A DNA stretch of 64,000 bases, from assembly GCA_047285805.1 (NCBI GenBank), contig JBJBCN010000002.1, positions 224,001-288,000 on the forward strand. Reading direction: 5' to 3'. Shown here one piece after another: positions 9,688 through 18,793 of this stretch. Under the pieces are notes generated by a model. The model saw only the letters and a list, made by a program, of their open reading frames with translations, had not been told where the DNA came from and ran no database searches. Position 1 is the stretch's first letter. Every line of letters starts with the position of its first letter. The translations under genes and the position numbers were made by a program. This DNA comes from Synechococcus sp. Its GTDB lineage: Bacteria > Cyanobacteriota > Cyanobacteriia > PCC-6307 > Cyanobiaceae.

Positions 9688-10188
9688 GTGGTGGCAGGAA
9701 TGGATCTATCGATCACGGCCGCGGCGTTGCTGGAAGAAGAGGGGCGCGTTCGGGCGGCAGGGACCGGGATTCAGCCGACGGATCTGCTGGGGTGCTGGCA
9801 GTTGGAGCAGGTCTGGCCGAAGGGGGAGCGCCAGGCGGCCCAGTTCTCCGGTGTCCTGCTGCGGGGGCTGGCGGCGCAATTGGAAATCCAGATGCAGGAC
9901 GGGGCGCTGCAATTGCGCAACAGCGTTCGCCTTGGCGGGGTGGAGCTGTTTTTTGAGGGCCCGGGAGCACTGAAGGGGCGTCGCCCCCTGCTGCAATTCC
10001 AGTTCCTGCGCATGGGGTTGCGTGTCGCCAGCCGGCAGTGGTGGGGCCGTGCCCTACCCGCTCCGGCTCCCCAACGGATGCCCTTCTTTGCCTTGATTCA
10101 GCGTGATCCATCCGGTTGGCTGACGGCCCGAGGCCGGGGGGGTGGCCTCGCCCAATGGCGGCTGGCTCGCCAAGATGGGCCCAGTTGA
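9688..10188 (+). CDS. Conserved hypothetical protein (PAP/fibrillin-like features)
   Basis: LLGCWQL near the N-terminus; C-terminal WLTARGRGGGLAQW. Confidence 0.65.
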   Translation: MVAGMDLSITAAALLEEEGRVRAAGTGIQPTDLLGCWQLEQVWPKGERQAAQFSGVLLRGLAAQLEIQMQDGALQLRNSVRLGGVELFFEGPGALKGRRPLLQFQFLRMGLRVASRQWWGRALPAPAPQRMPFFALIQRDPSGWLTARGRGGGLAQWRLARQDGPS

Positions 10189-10202
10189 GCGCTGGATGGG
10201 CG

Positions 10203-10466
10203 ATGGGGTGCCCCCGCTGCGGGAGCTGGTCGGTGAAATCCGACCGAAGCCTGGGAGGCCGAATGGTTTGTGGTCGCTGCGGGACACCGCTTGATGGTGT
10301 CGCCCAGCGGGGCCGTGGTCCGATGCCGAGGTTGTCGGGCATGTCCCGTCAGCCTTGGCGGCTTGGCTTGATCGTCCTGGTGGTGTTCGCCGCACTGTTC
10401 GCCGCCTGGAATCCCCGCCAGCCGGTGCCCTCCCAACGCACCCCGGCCTCCCAGGGCTTCCTCTGA
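10203..10466 (+). CDS. Small Zn-ribbon membrane protein
   Basis: CPRC...CGRC plus a C-terminal hydrophobic helix. Confidence 0.7.
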   Translation: MGCPRCGSWSVKSDRSLGGRMVCGRCGTPLDGVAQRGRGPMPRLSGMSRQPWRLGLIVLVVFAALFAAWNPRQPVPSQRTPASQGFL

Positions 10467-10503
10467 TCGGTCAGGGTGGGGCCGCTGCTGCGCCCGCTGA
10501 TCG

Positions 10504-10893
10504 ATGGCCGATGCCCCTTATTTGATCGTTCTGGCTTTGCTGGAGCAGGGAGGGGAGCTGGCGATGCCCCTGCAGGGCAAGTCCTTGCGCGAGGCCCTGC
10601 CGGCAGGCGCGGACCCCGGCGAGGTGGGGCGTCAGCAGGCCTTGGATCTCCTGGTTCGGGTCTGGCAGCGCAGCGACCAGGGCGCCTTGCGTCGTGCCGC
10701 CGCGGAGCGGAGTTTGTTGCTGGTCACGGTTCCCATTGAGTCCTTGCAGGAGCAGCTCCCCGCCCTGAAGGCCCAATGGCTGAGTGACGGCGATACCGCG
10801 TCGTTGATCGCTGCCTTGAAAGAGCTTGGAGGTGGACTCTGGTCGCTGACCATGGACCATCGCCAGCCGCTGGTGTATCAGACGCTTGGGTAG
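10504..10893 (+). CDS. Conserved hypothetical protein
   Basis: 129-aa ORF, PYLIVLALLEQ...LDLLVRVWQRSD. Confidence 0.75.
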   Translation: MADAPYLIVLALLEQGGELAMPLQGKSLREALPAGADPGEVGRQQALDLLVRVWQRSDQGALRRAAAERSLLLVTVPIESLQEQLPALKAQWLSDGDTASLIAALKELGGGLWSLTMDHRQPLVYQTLG

Positions 10894-10897
10894 ACGT

Positions 10898-11113
10898 TCA
10901 GTTGTATTCGCCGGGCACGTCGTTCTTATGGACGGTCACCCGGTCGAATTTCTTGCCTGAGACCCGTAGCAGTTCATCGCCGGAGAACTCGAAGCCCAGC
11001 TTCAGTCCGATCTGGGCGACGTCATCAGCGGTCGCGGCGGCCAGCACTTGCTGCTTTAGGGGATCATCGGCTTGCAGCCGGGCCAGGAACGCCTTGAGTT
11101 GATCGAGCGACAT
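10898..11113 (-). CDS. Nif11-like domain protein
   Basis: MSLDQLKAFL...LKQQV...DDVAQI...GFEFSGDEL. Confidence 0.85.
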   Translation of the reverse strand: MSLDQLKAFLARLQADDPLKQQVLAAATADDVAQIGLKLGFEFSGDELLRVSGKKFDRVTVHKNDVPGEYN

Positions 11114-11148
11114 GGCAGCGCCGATGGGCGCCACAGTCTCCCAGAGCC

Positions 11149-11620
11149 TCAGAGCCAGTGATGCGGGTAGTGCTCTTCTCCCGGCTGCGGGCGGCTGTAG
11201 GCCACGGCGACCAGCATCATCACGAGTGAGCCACTGAGCACGGGCATCCAGATGAACCCGGCCTGCGCCTTAAGCAGGACCCCCAGCAAGGCCACCGCCC
11301 CGGCCGGTGGATGCAGGCAACGCAGCACTTGCCCCAGCACAATGTCCACACCCATCACCCAGGGGCCATCGCCGAAAGCCATGACGCAGCTGACGCTGAC
11401 CGCGGCGGCCACGCTGTTGCCGAACACCACATTCCGCGGTTGCGCCAAGGGGCTTGATGGGTGGCCGAAGAGCAGCACCGTCGAAGCTCCGAAGGGGGCC
11501 ACGACTAGGTGGTAGTTGCTCCAGAGACTGATCAGGCTGAGGGCCCTGATCGCGAGGAGGGGCCAATCCAGGCTCCGATGACTTGCCGCTGCTGGAAGCG
11601 GGGCTGTTAGTCCCGTCCCC
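11149..11620 (-). pseudogene. HPP-family membrane protein, probably degraded at the N-terminus
   Basis: APFGASTVLLFGHPSSPLAQPRN and HPPAGAVAL; no credible start, apparent internal deletions. Confidence 0.7.
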
Positions 11621-11661
11621 GTTGACGCTCCGCCCATATCCTCTTCCAGACCATCTGCTCC

Positions 11662-12345
11662 TCAGTGCAGATAGGGATCCAGGAAGGCCAGCGGGCGATT
11701 CATGGTGGCCGAGAAGCCCAGCATCCCTGCGTCGCGGTGCTGATAGAGCAGGGCGTCGTCGGCGTCCAACAGGAAGGTGGCGCCCCGTTGGGTGATGAAG
11801 TCATCACGGGGCACGTAGGTGCGCCATTTCCCAAGCACCTCGGTCATGTTCCGCAGCCGCACCGTGGCCAGCTCAAAGGGGCGCTGGAATCCATCCCCAC
11901 CCGCCAAGCGGAAGAGCGGACTGTCGAAGCGTTGCGGTGCGGAGCGATCGCCGGCGTAACCGCGAAAGACCTCGCTCAGGGTCCCCGGAGAACCAATACC
12001 GGCGCACATCAACAGCAAACCAGGCCAAGGGCCGCCTGGGGTTTGCAGGCCGGCATAGAGGCCCAGGGCGCGATGCAGCCTCGGTTCAGCCTCCACCCTG
12101 AGATGCGCCCGGGGGAAGCCCGTGAATTGGCAGAACCGCTCAGCGCCAGCCTCATCGCCGATGCCGATCGCCAGCAGCTGGATGCTGGCTTGCTGCAGCT
12201 TGGGTAGGGCAGGGACAATGGACTGGGCGTATTCCAGTGAATCGAAATCACCGAGCTGGCTCATCAGGATGACCAGCCGTTTCGAGCCGGACTCCATCCC
12301 GGGGATCAAGCGGAGGTTGTCCAGCAGGACGTCGGGGGCGTTCAT
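11662..12345 (-). CDS. AhpC/TSA-like (peroxiredoxin-like 2) protein
   Basis: QLGDFDSLEYA, AIGIG, QRPFELATVRLRNM, TQRGATFL. Confidence 0.85.
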   Translation of the reverse strand: MNAPDVLLDNLRLIPGMESGSKRLVILMSQLGDFDSLEYAQSIVPALPKLQQASIQLLAIGIGDEAGAERFCQFTGFPRAHLRVEAEPRLHRALGLYAGLQTPGGPWPGLLLMCAGIGSPGTLSEVFRGYAGDRSAPQRFDSPLFRLAGGDGFQRPFELATVRLRNMTEVLGKWRTYVPRDDFITQRGATFLLDADDALLYQHRDAGMLGFSATMNRPLAFLDPYLH

Positions 12346-12658
12346 GGGGAGGAGACGTTCGTCTCAACGTCTCCTCAGCCTCGCTGATGGGTGGGGCGAG
12401 ATGCACCTCGCCCTTGTTGAGGCGCGTCTGACGGAGAGAGCAGCCTCAATCCAGTGATGCCATCAATCGCGGCGGCTGGCTACGACTTTTTTTGCCGTCA
12501 CGAACTGGCGAAGTCCAAAAAAATCCGCTGGTCAGCTGACCGGCGGAGGTGTGTCTCTTCGTCAAAAGCGCAGAACCTTCCTAGGAACGCGACCTGCACG
12601 GACGCCATAGGTATTCGCTTCCGCTGCAGACTGGTGCGGAATGGCCCACTCGTCCCTG

Positions 12659-13075
12659 ATGTCTCCAGAACCGGGCCGGGCGAAGCGTGTCTCGATCACC
12701 CTGCCTCCAGATCTCTACGAGCGCCTCGCGGCCTTGGCGGAGGCGGATCGTCGCTCGGTCGCCAGCTGGGCGGCGGTTCAATTGGAGTTGGCCGTCATCG
12801 AAGCGGAGGAGAAGCTCCGGCAGGGCTGCAACTTGAAAGAGCGCCTGGCGGATGAGAGCCAGCGCTTTACGGCTTGGTACCGAGATGACTCCCTCGCCGA
12901 GCGGACCGTGAGTTCACCGATTCACCACAATGTCCAACAAACGAGGCCTGGAGATGCGTCGTCAGCGGTGGCTGCTCTTGATCGCAGCACTAGCCTTGTC
13001 TCGGAAGTCTGCTGCTTTGGATCGCTGAGATGGATGTCGGGATCGAAGAGTCCCTACCCCCCCAGGCCCCAGTAG
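12659..13075 (+). CDS. Ribbon-helix-helix (CopG/Arc) protein; C-terminal part may be read-through
   Basis: KRVSITLPPDLYERLAALAEADRRSVAS. Confidence 0.7.
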   Translation: MSPEPGRAKRVSITLPPDLYERLAALAEADRRSVASWAAVQLELAVIEAEEKLRQGCNLKERLADESQRFTAWYRDDSLAERTVSSPIHHNVQQTRPGDASSAVAALDRSTSLVSEVCCFGSLRWMSGSKSPYPPRPQ

Positions 13076-13091
13076 CTGCTCCCTCCAACCC

Positions 13092-13499
13092 ATGACGTTT
13101 CTCGTCTCCCAGTTCCTCCTGGTCTTCACTCTCGGCCTGTTCCACCTGGTCGGGCCGCTGCCCGCGGATCTGGGGGTTCAAAGCGGTTCGCTTGCCCCTT
13201 GCCCCAGTCCGGCCCATTGTGCACGGGTGGATTGGGAGCAGAACGACCCCCAAGCTGCCTTGGACGCGCTGGTGCCCATCATCGCGGCCACGCCGCGCAC
13301 CGAGATCGTGGAGCAGGGCAATGGCTACCTGCACGCGACAGCCAGCAGCGCGCTCTTTGGTTTTGTTGACGATCTGGAGCTTTACGCCGACCCCAGCCGT
13401 GGCGTTCTTCAGGCCCGTTCGGTGTCGCGCCTGGGCGATTCCGACCTCGGGGTGAATGCCCGTCGCCTGCAGGCGCTAGCGGATCAGCTCAAGGATTGA
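13092..13499 (+). CDS. DUF1499 family protein
   Basis: LAPCPSPAHC, YLHATASSALFGFVDDLE, SRLGDSDLGVNARR. Confidence 0.9.
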   Translation: MTFLVSQFLLVFTLGLFHLVGPLPADLGVQSGSLAPCPSPAHCARVDWEQNDPQAALDALVPIIAATPRTEIVEQGNGYLHATASSALFGFVDDLELYADPSRGVLQARSVSRLGDSDLGVNARRLQALADQLKD

Positions 13500-14055
13500 G
13501 GCGTTCCTCGAGCCAGCCCTGCTCCCGCCGCCACCGCTGGCGTTGGTGAGGGTGGCCGGTGAGCTCCAGGAGCTCGACCTGCTCGAGCTCAATCCGCACC
13601 AGTTCAAAGCTCTCGGGTTGCGGGACCTCATCGCCGAGGGCCTCGGGGAAGTGGCCCGCGGGTTTGAAGGCGGCCCCTGGCTGGGGCCAGCCCCAGAGGC
13701 TGCGCGCTCCGGGCTGGAGTTGTTGCCAGTGGTGGGCGCGGGCGTTCTGATCGCTCGCGGCGTTCAGGCTCAGGCGATGGCCCCGCAGCCGAAATTGCGA
13801 TCTCGCCTTGGGCAGCAGCCAGCAGAGCTCAACCCTGGGTTCTCGAATGAGTTCAGCGCTTTTCTCGCTGCGGCGATCCGTCAGCAGATCCAGCTGGGCC
13901 GGGCCGCCCCAGCCACGGAAGACCAGGGTTCGCACTCGCGGCGCTCCATCGCAGCCCAGGGTGGCCAACTGCAGCCAGCGGGACTGGGGGGAACGACCCT
14001 CCCGCTGGCGGGCGCCGCGCAGCAATTGCCTCCAGGGGGGTAGGGCTTCCGTCAT
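13489..14055 (-). CDS. Pyridoxamine 5'-phosphate oxidase-related FMN-binding protein
   Basis: WLQLAT...PRVRTLVFRGW, TDRRSEK, QFRLRG. Confidence 0.88.
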   Translation of the reverse strand: MTEALPPWRQLLRGARQREGRSPQSRWLQLATLGCDGAPRVRTLVFRGWGGPAQLDLLTDRRSEKSAELIREPRVELCWLLPKARSQFRLRGHRLSLNAASDQNARAHHWQQLQPGARSLWGWPQPGAAFKPAGHFPEALGDEVPQPESFELVRIELEQVELLELTGHPHQRQRWRREQGWLEERLNP

Positions 14056-14410
14056 GCTCCTGGTTCGCAGCGGTAGCGGGCGACCTCCCCACCGCCGCGT
14101 TTGCGCTCCGCGAAGTCCGGATGGTCAGGATCGGCGGCCTGCCACCACCAGTGCCCATCCGTGTAGCTCGGGGCGCCGGCGTTGTTGGTGCGGGGCAGCT
14201 GCAGGCTGACGCTGCGCCAGGCGATCACGACAAAGGCACCGGGTACGGTTCCGCCGGCTGTGTTGGGGATCTCGGTGGCGTCCACGGCCCCTTGGTGCAG
14301 CTCCGCCGTCAACGGGTCTCCCTCGCAGACGTACCGCGCCGCATCGGCGGGCAGGGGCAGCAGCACCAGCAGCAGCGCCAATCCCAGGTTCAGCAATGCG
14401 GTCACGGCAG
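14052..14410 (-). CDS. Secreted hypothetical protein (start uncertain)
   Basis: Signal peptide (LLLVLLPLPADA), LQLPRTNNAGAPSYTDG, terminal Cys pair. Confidence 0.7.
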
Positions 14411-14437
14411 GGGCAGAGCGGTGTTCAGGATGGCGCA

Positions 14438-14848
14438 ATGAGCCTTACCCTCGTCTACGACGGCGGTTGTCCGTTTTGCCGCCACTTCGCCCTGCGAAGC
14501 GAGCTGGTCGGCGGGCTCCCCGATCTGGTGATCCGCGATGGCCGGGCTGAGGACGGGCTGCGGGCCCAGTTGAAGCAACGGGGCCTGGACCTGGCACGGG
14601 GTGCCGTCCTGCTCGAGGGAGACCAGGCCTGGCATGGGGCTGAGGCCATCGCCCAACTCTGCGGTCGGCTTCGTCCGAGCGATCCCCTTTTGGCGCTACT
14701 GCGCCAACTCTTTGCCGCACCGCCCCAGGCCAGGCGCCTCTACCCACTACTGCTTTGGGCCCGTCGTCAAGCCCTGCATTGGCAGGGGCTCTTCGAGGAC
14801 CCCGATCAATCTTCCATGGTTGATCGCCGCGGGCCCTACGGTCGTTGA
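14438..14848 (+). CDS. DCC1-like thiol-disulfide oxidoreductase (DUF393)
   Basis: LVYDGGCPFC motif. Confidence 0.85.
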   Translation: MSLTLVYDGGCPFCRHFALRSELVGGLPDLVIRDGRAEDGLRAQLKQRGLDLARGAVLLEGDQAWHGAEAIAQLCGRLRPSDPLLALLRQLFAAPPQARRLYPLLLWARRQALHWQGLFEDPDQSSMVDRRGPYGR

Positions 14849-15909
14849 ACGCCCCACGCCCAGGCATGCAAGACGTCGTCCAGGCCTATTACGGCAAGGA
14901 ACTCCAGAGCACCGCTGACCTGAAGACCAGTGCCTGCTGCGATGCCGATGCGGTGCCGGATTGGTTGAAGCCCCTGCTCAGTCGGGTCCATCCGGAAGTC
15001 AGCAGTCGCTACTATGGCTGCGGCCTGGTTTGTCCGCTGCTGCTGAAAGGCTGCCGTGTCCTTGACCTAGGCAGCGGCAGTGGTCGCGATGTCTATCTGC
15101 TCTCCCAGTTGGTGGGGGCCGGCGGCGAGGTGGTCGGTGTGGACATGACCCCAGAGCAGCTCGCGGTGGCTCGGGAGTACCTCCCCTTCCACGCCGAGCA
15201 ATTCGGTTACGCCAATGTCAGCTTCCTCGAGGGCCAGATCGAGCGTCTCGAGGAGCTCGACCTGGAGCCCGGCAGCTTTGACGTCATCGTCAGCAACTGT
15301 GTTCTGAATCTCTCCACCGACAAGCCCGCTGTCTTACGCGGCATTCAGCGGCTGCTCAAGCCCGGCGGCGAGTTCTATTTCTCTGACGTCTACGTCGATC
15401 GACGCCTGCCGGAAGCGGTGCAAAGCCATCCGGTGCTCTATGGCGAATGCCTTGGCGGCGCGCTCTACTGGAATGACTTCCTGCGGATGGCCCGCGGGGC
15501 GGCTTTCACGGATCCGCGTCTGGTGAGCGATCGGCCGCTGGAGATCACCGAGCCCCAACTAGCGGCGTTGGTGGGGGAGGCCCGCTTTTATTCGGCGACC
15601 TACCGGCTCTTCAACATCCCCGAACTCGAGGACGCCTGTGAAGACCACGGTCAGGCTGTCCTCTACCGGGGCTCCATCGACCAGGCGCCCACCCGCCTGG
15701 CGTTCGACAAACACCACAGCATCGAAGTCGACAAGGTCTTCCCGGTTTGCGGCAACACCTATCGGATGCTGTCCCAGACCCGTTTCGCCCCCCACTTCCA
15801 GTTCATTGGTAATTTCGAGCGTCACTTCGGCCTCTTTGAAGGCTGTGGTTCAGCGATTCCCTTTGATCAGGACCGTGCGGTGCGCGGAGCAGCCGCCAGC
15901 TGCTGCTGA
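14845..15909 (+). CDS. Arsenite methyltransferase-like (ArsM/AS3MT) protein; alternative ATG at 14866
   Basis: LKTSACC, YYGCG, VLDLGSGSGRD, SNCVLNL, GECLGGALY, C-terminal CC. Confidence 0.85.
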   Translation: MNAPRPGMQDVVQAYYGKELQSTADLKTSACCDADAVPDWLKPLLSRVHPEVSSRYYGCGLVCPLLLKGCRVLDLGSGSGRDVYLLSQLVGAGGEVVGVDMTPEQLAVAREYLPFHAEQFGYANVSFLEGQIERLEELDLEPGSFDVIVSNCVLNLSTDKPAVLRGIQRLLKPGGEFYFSDVYVDRRLPEAVQSHPVLYGECLGGALYWNDFLRMARGAAFTDPRLVSDRPLEITEPQLAALVGEARFYSATYRLFNIPELEDACEDHGQAVLYRGSIDQAPTRLAFDKHHSIEVDKVFPVCGNTYRMLSQTRFAPHFQFIGNFERHFGLFEGCGSAIPFDQDRAVRGAAASCC

Positions 15910-16742
15910 TGGCCGCCGCGCCGGGGCCCTTCAGCGTCAATGAGCGTTGCATTGACTGCGGCACCTGCTGGCAATTCGATCCTCTGCACTTCGCCCCCAC
16001 CGGCCGCTGCGCCGAGGTCATTCGCCAGCCCGAGGGGGCGGCGGAAACGCATCAGGCTCTGTTGGCCCTGCAGGCCTGTCCGGTGGCGGCTATCGGCACG
16101 ACAGCGGAGTTGCGGCGGCTGACCCCAAGCGATGGCTTTCCTGCTCTGGTCACCCGCCATGCAGCTGGAGAGGTCTACTACTGCGGCTGGGCGTCACGCC
16201 GCAGTTTCGGGGCCAGCAGCTGGCTCGTGGTTCGGCCCGAAGGCAACGTCCTGATCGATTCGCCCCGTTGGAGTGCTCCCTTGGCTCGGCGCATCGCTGC
16301 CTTGGGCGGGCTTGCAGCCCTGGTGTTCACCCATCGCGACGACGTGGCCGACCACCAGCGCTGGGCCAAGGCTTTTGGTTGCAGCCGTTGGATTCACCAG
16401 GCCGACGCCGATGCTGCGCCAGACACGGAGCATCGGGTCCCGGGATCCGATGCGGTCACCCTCGATGGGGCGTTGCAGTTGATTCCCTGCTCTGGCCACA
16501 CGGCTGGGTCGATGTCGGTCCTCTTGGGCGAACACCGCTCGGTGCTCTTCAGTGGTGATCACCTCTGGTGGCGCCCTGAACAAGCGGTGCTGGTGGCTTC
16601 GGAGCGTTATTGCTGGTGGGATTTCCAGGAGCAGCTCCGCTCGGTGGAGCGCTTGCAGGAGCTGGATGTGACCTGGCTGCTCCCCAGCCACGGCCACGCC
16701 CACGCGTTTGCTCCCGCTGAGTGGCGCGCCGCTGTCCAGTAG
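15909..16742 (+). CDS. Ferredoxin-MBL-fold hydrolase fusion
   Basis: CIDCGTC...CPVAAI ferredoxin motif; THRDDVADH, GHTAGS, FSGDH. Confidence 0.88.
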   Translation: MAAAPGPFSVNERCIDCGTCWQFDPLHFAPTGRCAEVIRQPEGAAETHQALLALQACPVAAIGTTAELRRLTPSDGFPALVTRHAAGEVYYCGWASRRSFGASSWLVVRPEGNVLIDSPRWSAPLARRIAALGGLAALVFTHRDDVADHQRWAKAFGCSRWIHQADADAAPDTEHRVPGSDAVTLDGALQLIPCSGHTAGSMSVLLGEHRSVLFSGDHLWWRPEQAVLVASERYCWWDFQEQLRSVERLQELDVTWLLPSHGHAHAFAPAEWRAAVQ

Positions 16743-16752
16743 ACCTTGGCCT

Positions 16753-16926
16753 TTAACCGAAAAAGCCCTTGCTGTTGAGCCAGAGCCCCAAGCCCAGCAT
16801 CGGTACGAAGACAGCTCCAGCGATCTGAAGCTTGATCCGCGTAGCCGAGGGCTCCGCCTGGACCGGCTTGGCGGCTGCTTTGGCTTTGATCTTGGCTTTG
16901 GCCACGGTCTGGTTGCTGCGTTGCAT
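16753..16926 (-). CDS. Small membrane protein
   Basis: Lys/Ala-rich N-terminus, C-terminal TM ending WLNSKGFFG. Confidence 0.6.
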   Translation of the reverse strand: MQRSNQTVAKAKIKAKAAAKPVQAEPSATRIKLQIAGAVFVPMLGLGLWLNSKGFFG

Positions 16927-16937
16927 TGCGCTCTCTT

Positions 16938-17924
16938 CTACCGGTCCGTGGCTCCTCCCCGGGAACCGATCTCCCCTGTCACCCAATAACGCACCCGCTC
17001 GGGATGGCTCTGGAGGTAGAAATCGACCGCGGTTTGGGCCGTTCCCTGATGGGCTTGCAGGAGGACCGCGGCCAGCTCCGTATCAGGAATCCGGAAGCGC
17101 GTCAGGAAGTCCGTCACCGAAGGGGCGATGGCACTGAGGTCTTGGCGGCCGACGGCGTGGATCCATTCCGTCCCCCCAAAGGCCCGTTTGGGATCCTCAA
17201 GAAAGCGCAGCTTGTAGCGGGCGAACATCCAGTGGGGCGTCCAGCTGGTGACGATCAGCCAACGCTGCTCACGGATGGCCTGGTCCAGCACAGCAGTCAT
17301 CGCGGCACTGCTGGAGGCCATGAGGCGCATGTCCCCAAGGCCGTAGTCCTTCAGGGCGACTTGGGAGAGTTGATTGAGGCCTGAGCCGGGATCGATTCCC
17401 TGAACGTGGTTGTTGAAGCGTGCGGCGACCGAGGGTTGGCGCAAGTCGGCGATGCTCCTGAGGACTTGGGGGTCGACATAGTCTGGGACGACCCAGCCCA
17501 AGCGACCGGAGTACATCGGACCGAGGTCCAGGACCCGATCCCGGACCCGCTTCCAGTAGTCCTGATGGGTCAAGGGCAACCAGGCCATCAACATCAAATC
17601 CAGATCGCCTCGGGCCACGGAGGCGTATTGGATGCCGATGTCGGCCAGCACCCGCTCCACAGGCCAATCGAGGTGGGTCTCAATCAGCTGCTTGGCCATC
17701 AGGCTGATGACTTCGGCATCCGCCCAGGGCGACCAGCCCAGGCGCAAGGGGCGACGTGAGACTCCCCCTCCCGTTGGCTGCGCTGGAGGACCAGACCCTG
17801 TCTGGCTGGGCTCAGGCGCCCCTGGGCGCCGGCTCAACTGGACCATGCTGGCCAGGGACAGTCCGGCGACCCCCAGTCCTGCGGTGAGTGCCGCACGCCG
17901 CGTCAGCCGTGGTGCGTCACTCAT
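16938..17924 (-). CDS. proX: Glycine betaine ABC transporter substrate-binding protein
   Basis: WSPWAD, AWLPLTH, GIDPGSG, WTPHWMF; twin-Arg N-terminus. Confidence 0.92.
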   Translation of the reverse strand: MSDAPRLTRRAALTAGLGVAGLSLASMVQLSRRPGAPEPSQTGSGPPAQPTGGGVSRRPLRLGWSPWADAEVISLMAKQLIETHLDWPVERVLADIGIQYASVARGDLDLMLMAWLPLTHQDYWKRVRDRVLDLGPMYSGRLGWVVPDYVDPQVLRSIADLRQPSVAARFNNHVQGIDPGSGLNQLSQVALKDYGLGDMRLMASSSAAMTAVLDQAIREQRWLIVTSWTPHWMFARYKLRFLEDPKRAFGGTEWIHAVGRQDLSAIAPSVTDFLTRFRIPDTELAAVLLQAHQGTAQTAVDFYLQSHPERVRYWVTGEIGSRGGATDR

Positions 17925-18793
17925 TGGCCTCTCCTCCAATGGCTGGGGGAAAGTCCTTGGCTTAGGCGGTCCAGGATCACCGCCAAGATCACCACGGCGA
18001 TGCCGCCTTCAAAGCCGAGCCCCACATCGAGCTGCTGGATGCCACGCAGCACCACATCACCCAAGCCACCACCGCCAATCATCGAGGTGATCACCACCAT
18101 CGAGAGGGCCAACATGATCGTCTGGTTGATACCGCTCATCACGGTGGGCAAGGCGTTCGGGAGCTGCACCATCCAAAGCAGTTGAAGATCCGTGCAGCCA
18201 AAGGAGCGGCCCGCCTCCACCAAATCAGCCGGCACCTGGCGAATCCCCAGGTGGGTCAGCCGGACGACCGGAGGCATCGCGAAAATCAACGTGGCGATGA
18301 TCGCGGGAACGGCTCCCGTGCTGAAGAGCATCACCGCCGGGATCAAATAGACAAAAGCCGGCATGGTCTGCATGAGGTCCAGCGCCGGGCGTAGCAGTCG
18401 CCAAATCCAGAGCTGACGCGTTCCCAGAACACCGAGGGGAAATCCCAGCAGCAGAGCCAAGAGGGAGGAGGCCAGCACTAGGGCCAGGGTGTCCACCATG
18501 GGATCCCACAGCCCCAGGGCTAAGACAAGGTTCAAGCCCAGCAGGCTGAAGAGGGCAAAGCCACCGCCGACCAGGCGCCATCCCGCAAGGGCAACCCCCA
18601 CGGCAAACAGCCAGGGTGCCGGCAGGGCCAGGCTCCAGCCCAGTGCGCTCGCCAAGGTCTGGATGCCCTGTTGAACAACACCAAACAATCCCTGGCCATG
18701 GTTGAGCAACCACTCCACCGCGGCATCAACGCTCTGGCCGACGGGCCCGGCCTGCTCAAGGCTTGCGATGAGAGGTGAGAAGGAGCAGCTCAT
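17921..18793 (-). CDS. proW: Glycine betaine ABC transporter permease
   Basis: LDLMQTMPAFVYLIP, EAGRSFG, GINQTIMLALSMVV. Confidence 0.93.
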   Translation of the reverse strand: MSCSFSPLIASLEQAGPVGQSVDAAVEWLLNHGQGLFGVVQQGIQTLASALGWSLALPAPWLFAVGVALAGWRLVGGGFALFSLLGLNLVLALGLWDPMVDTLALVLASSLLALLLGFPLGVLGTRQLWIWRLLRPALDLMQTMPAFVYLIPAVMLFSTGAVPAIIATLIFAMPPVVRLTHLGIRQVPADLVEAGRSFGCTDLQLLWMVQLPNALPTVMSGINQTIMLALSMVVITSMIGGGGLGDVVLRGIQQLDVGLGFEGGIAVVILAVILDRLSQGLSPSHWRRGQ

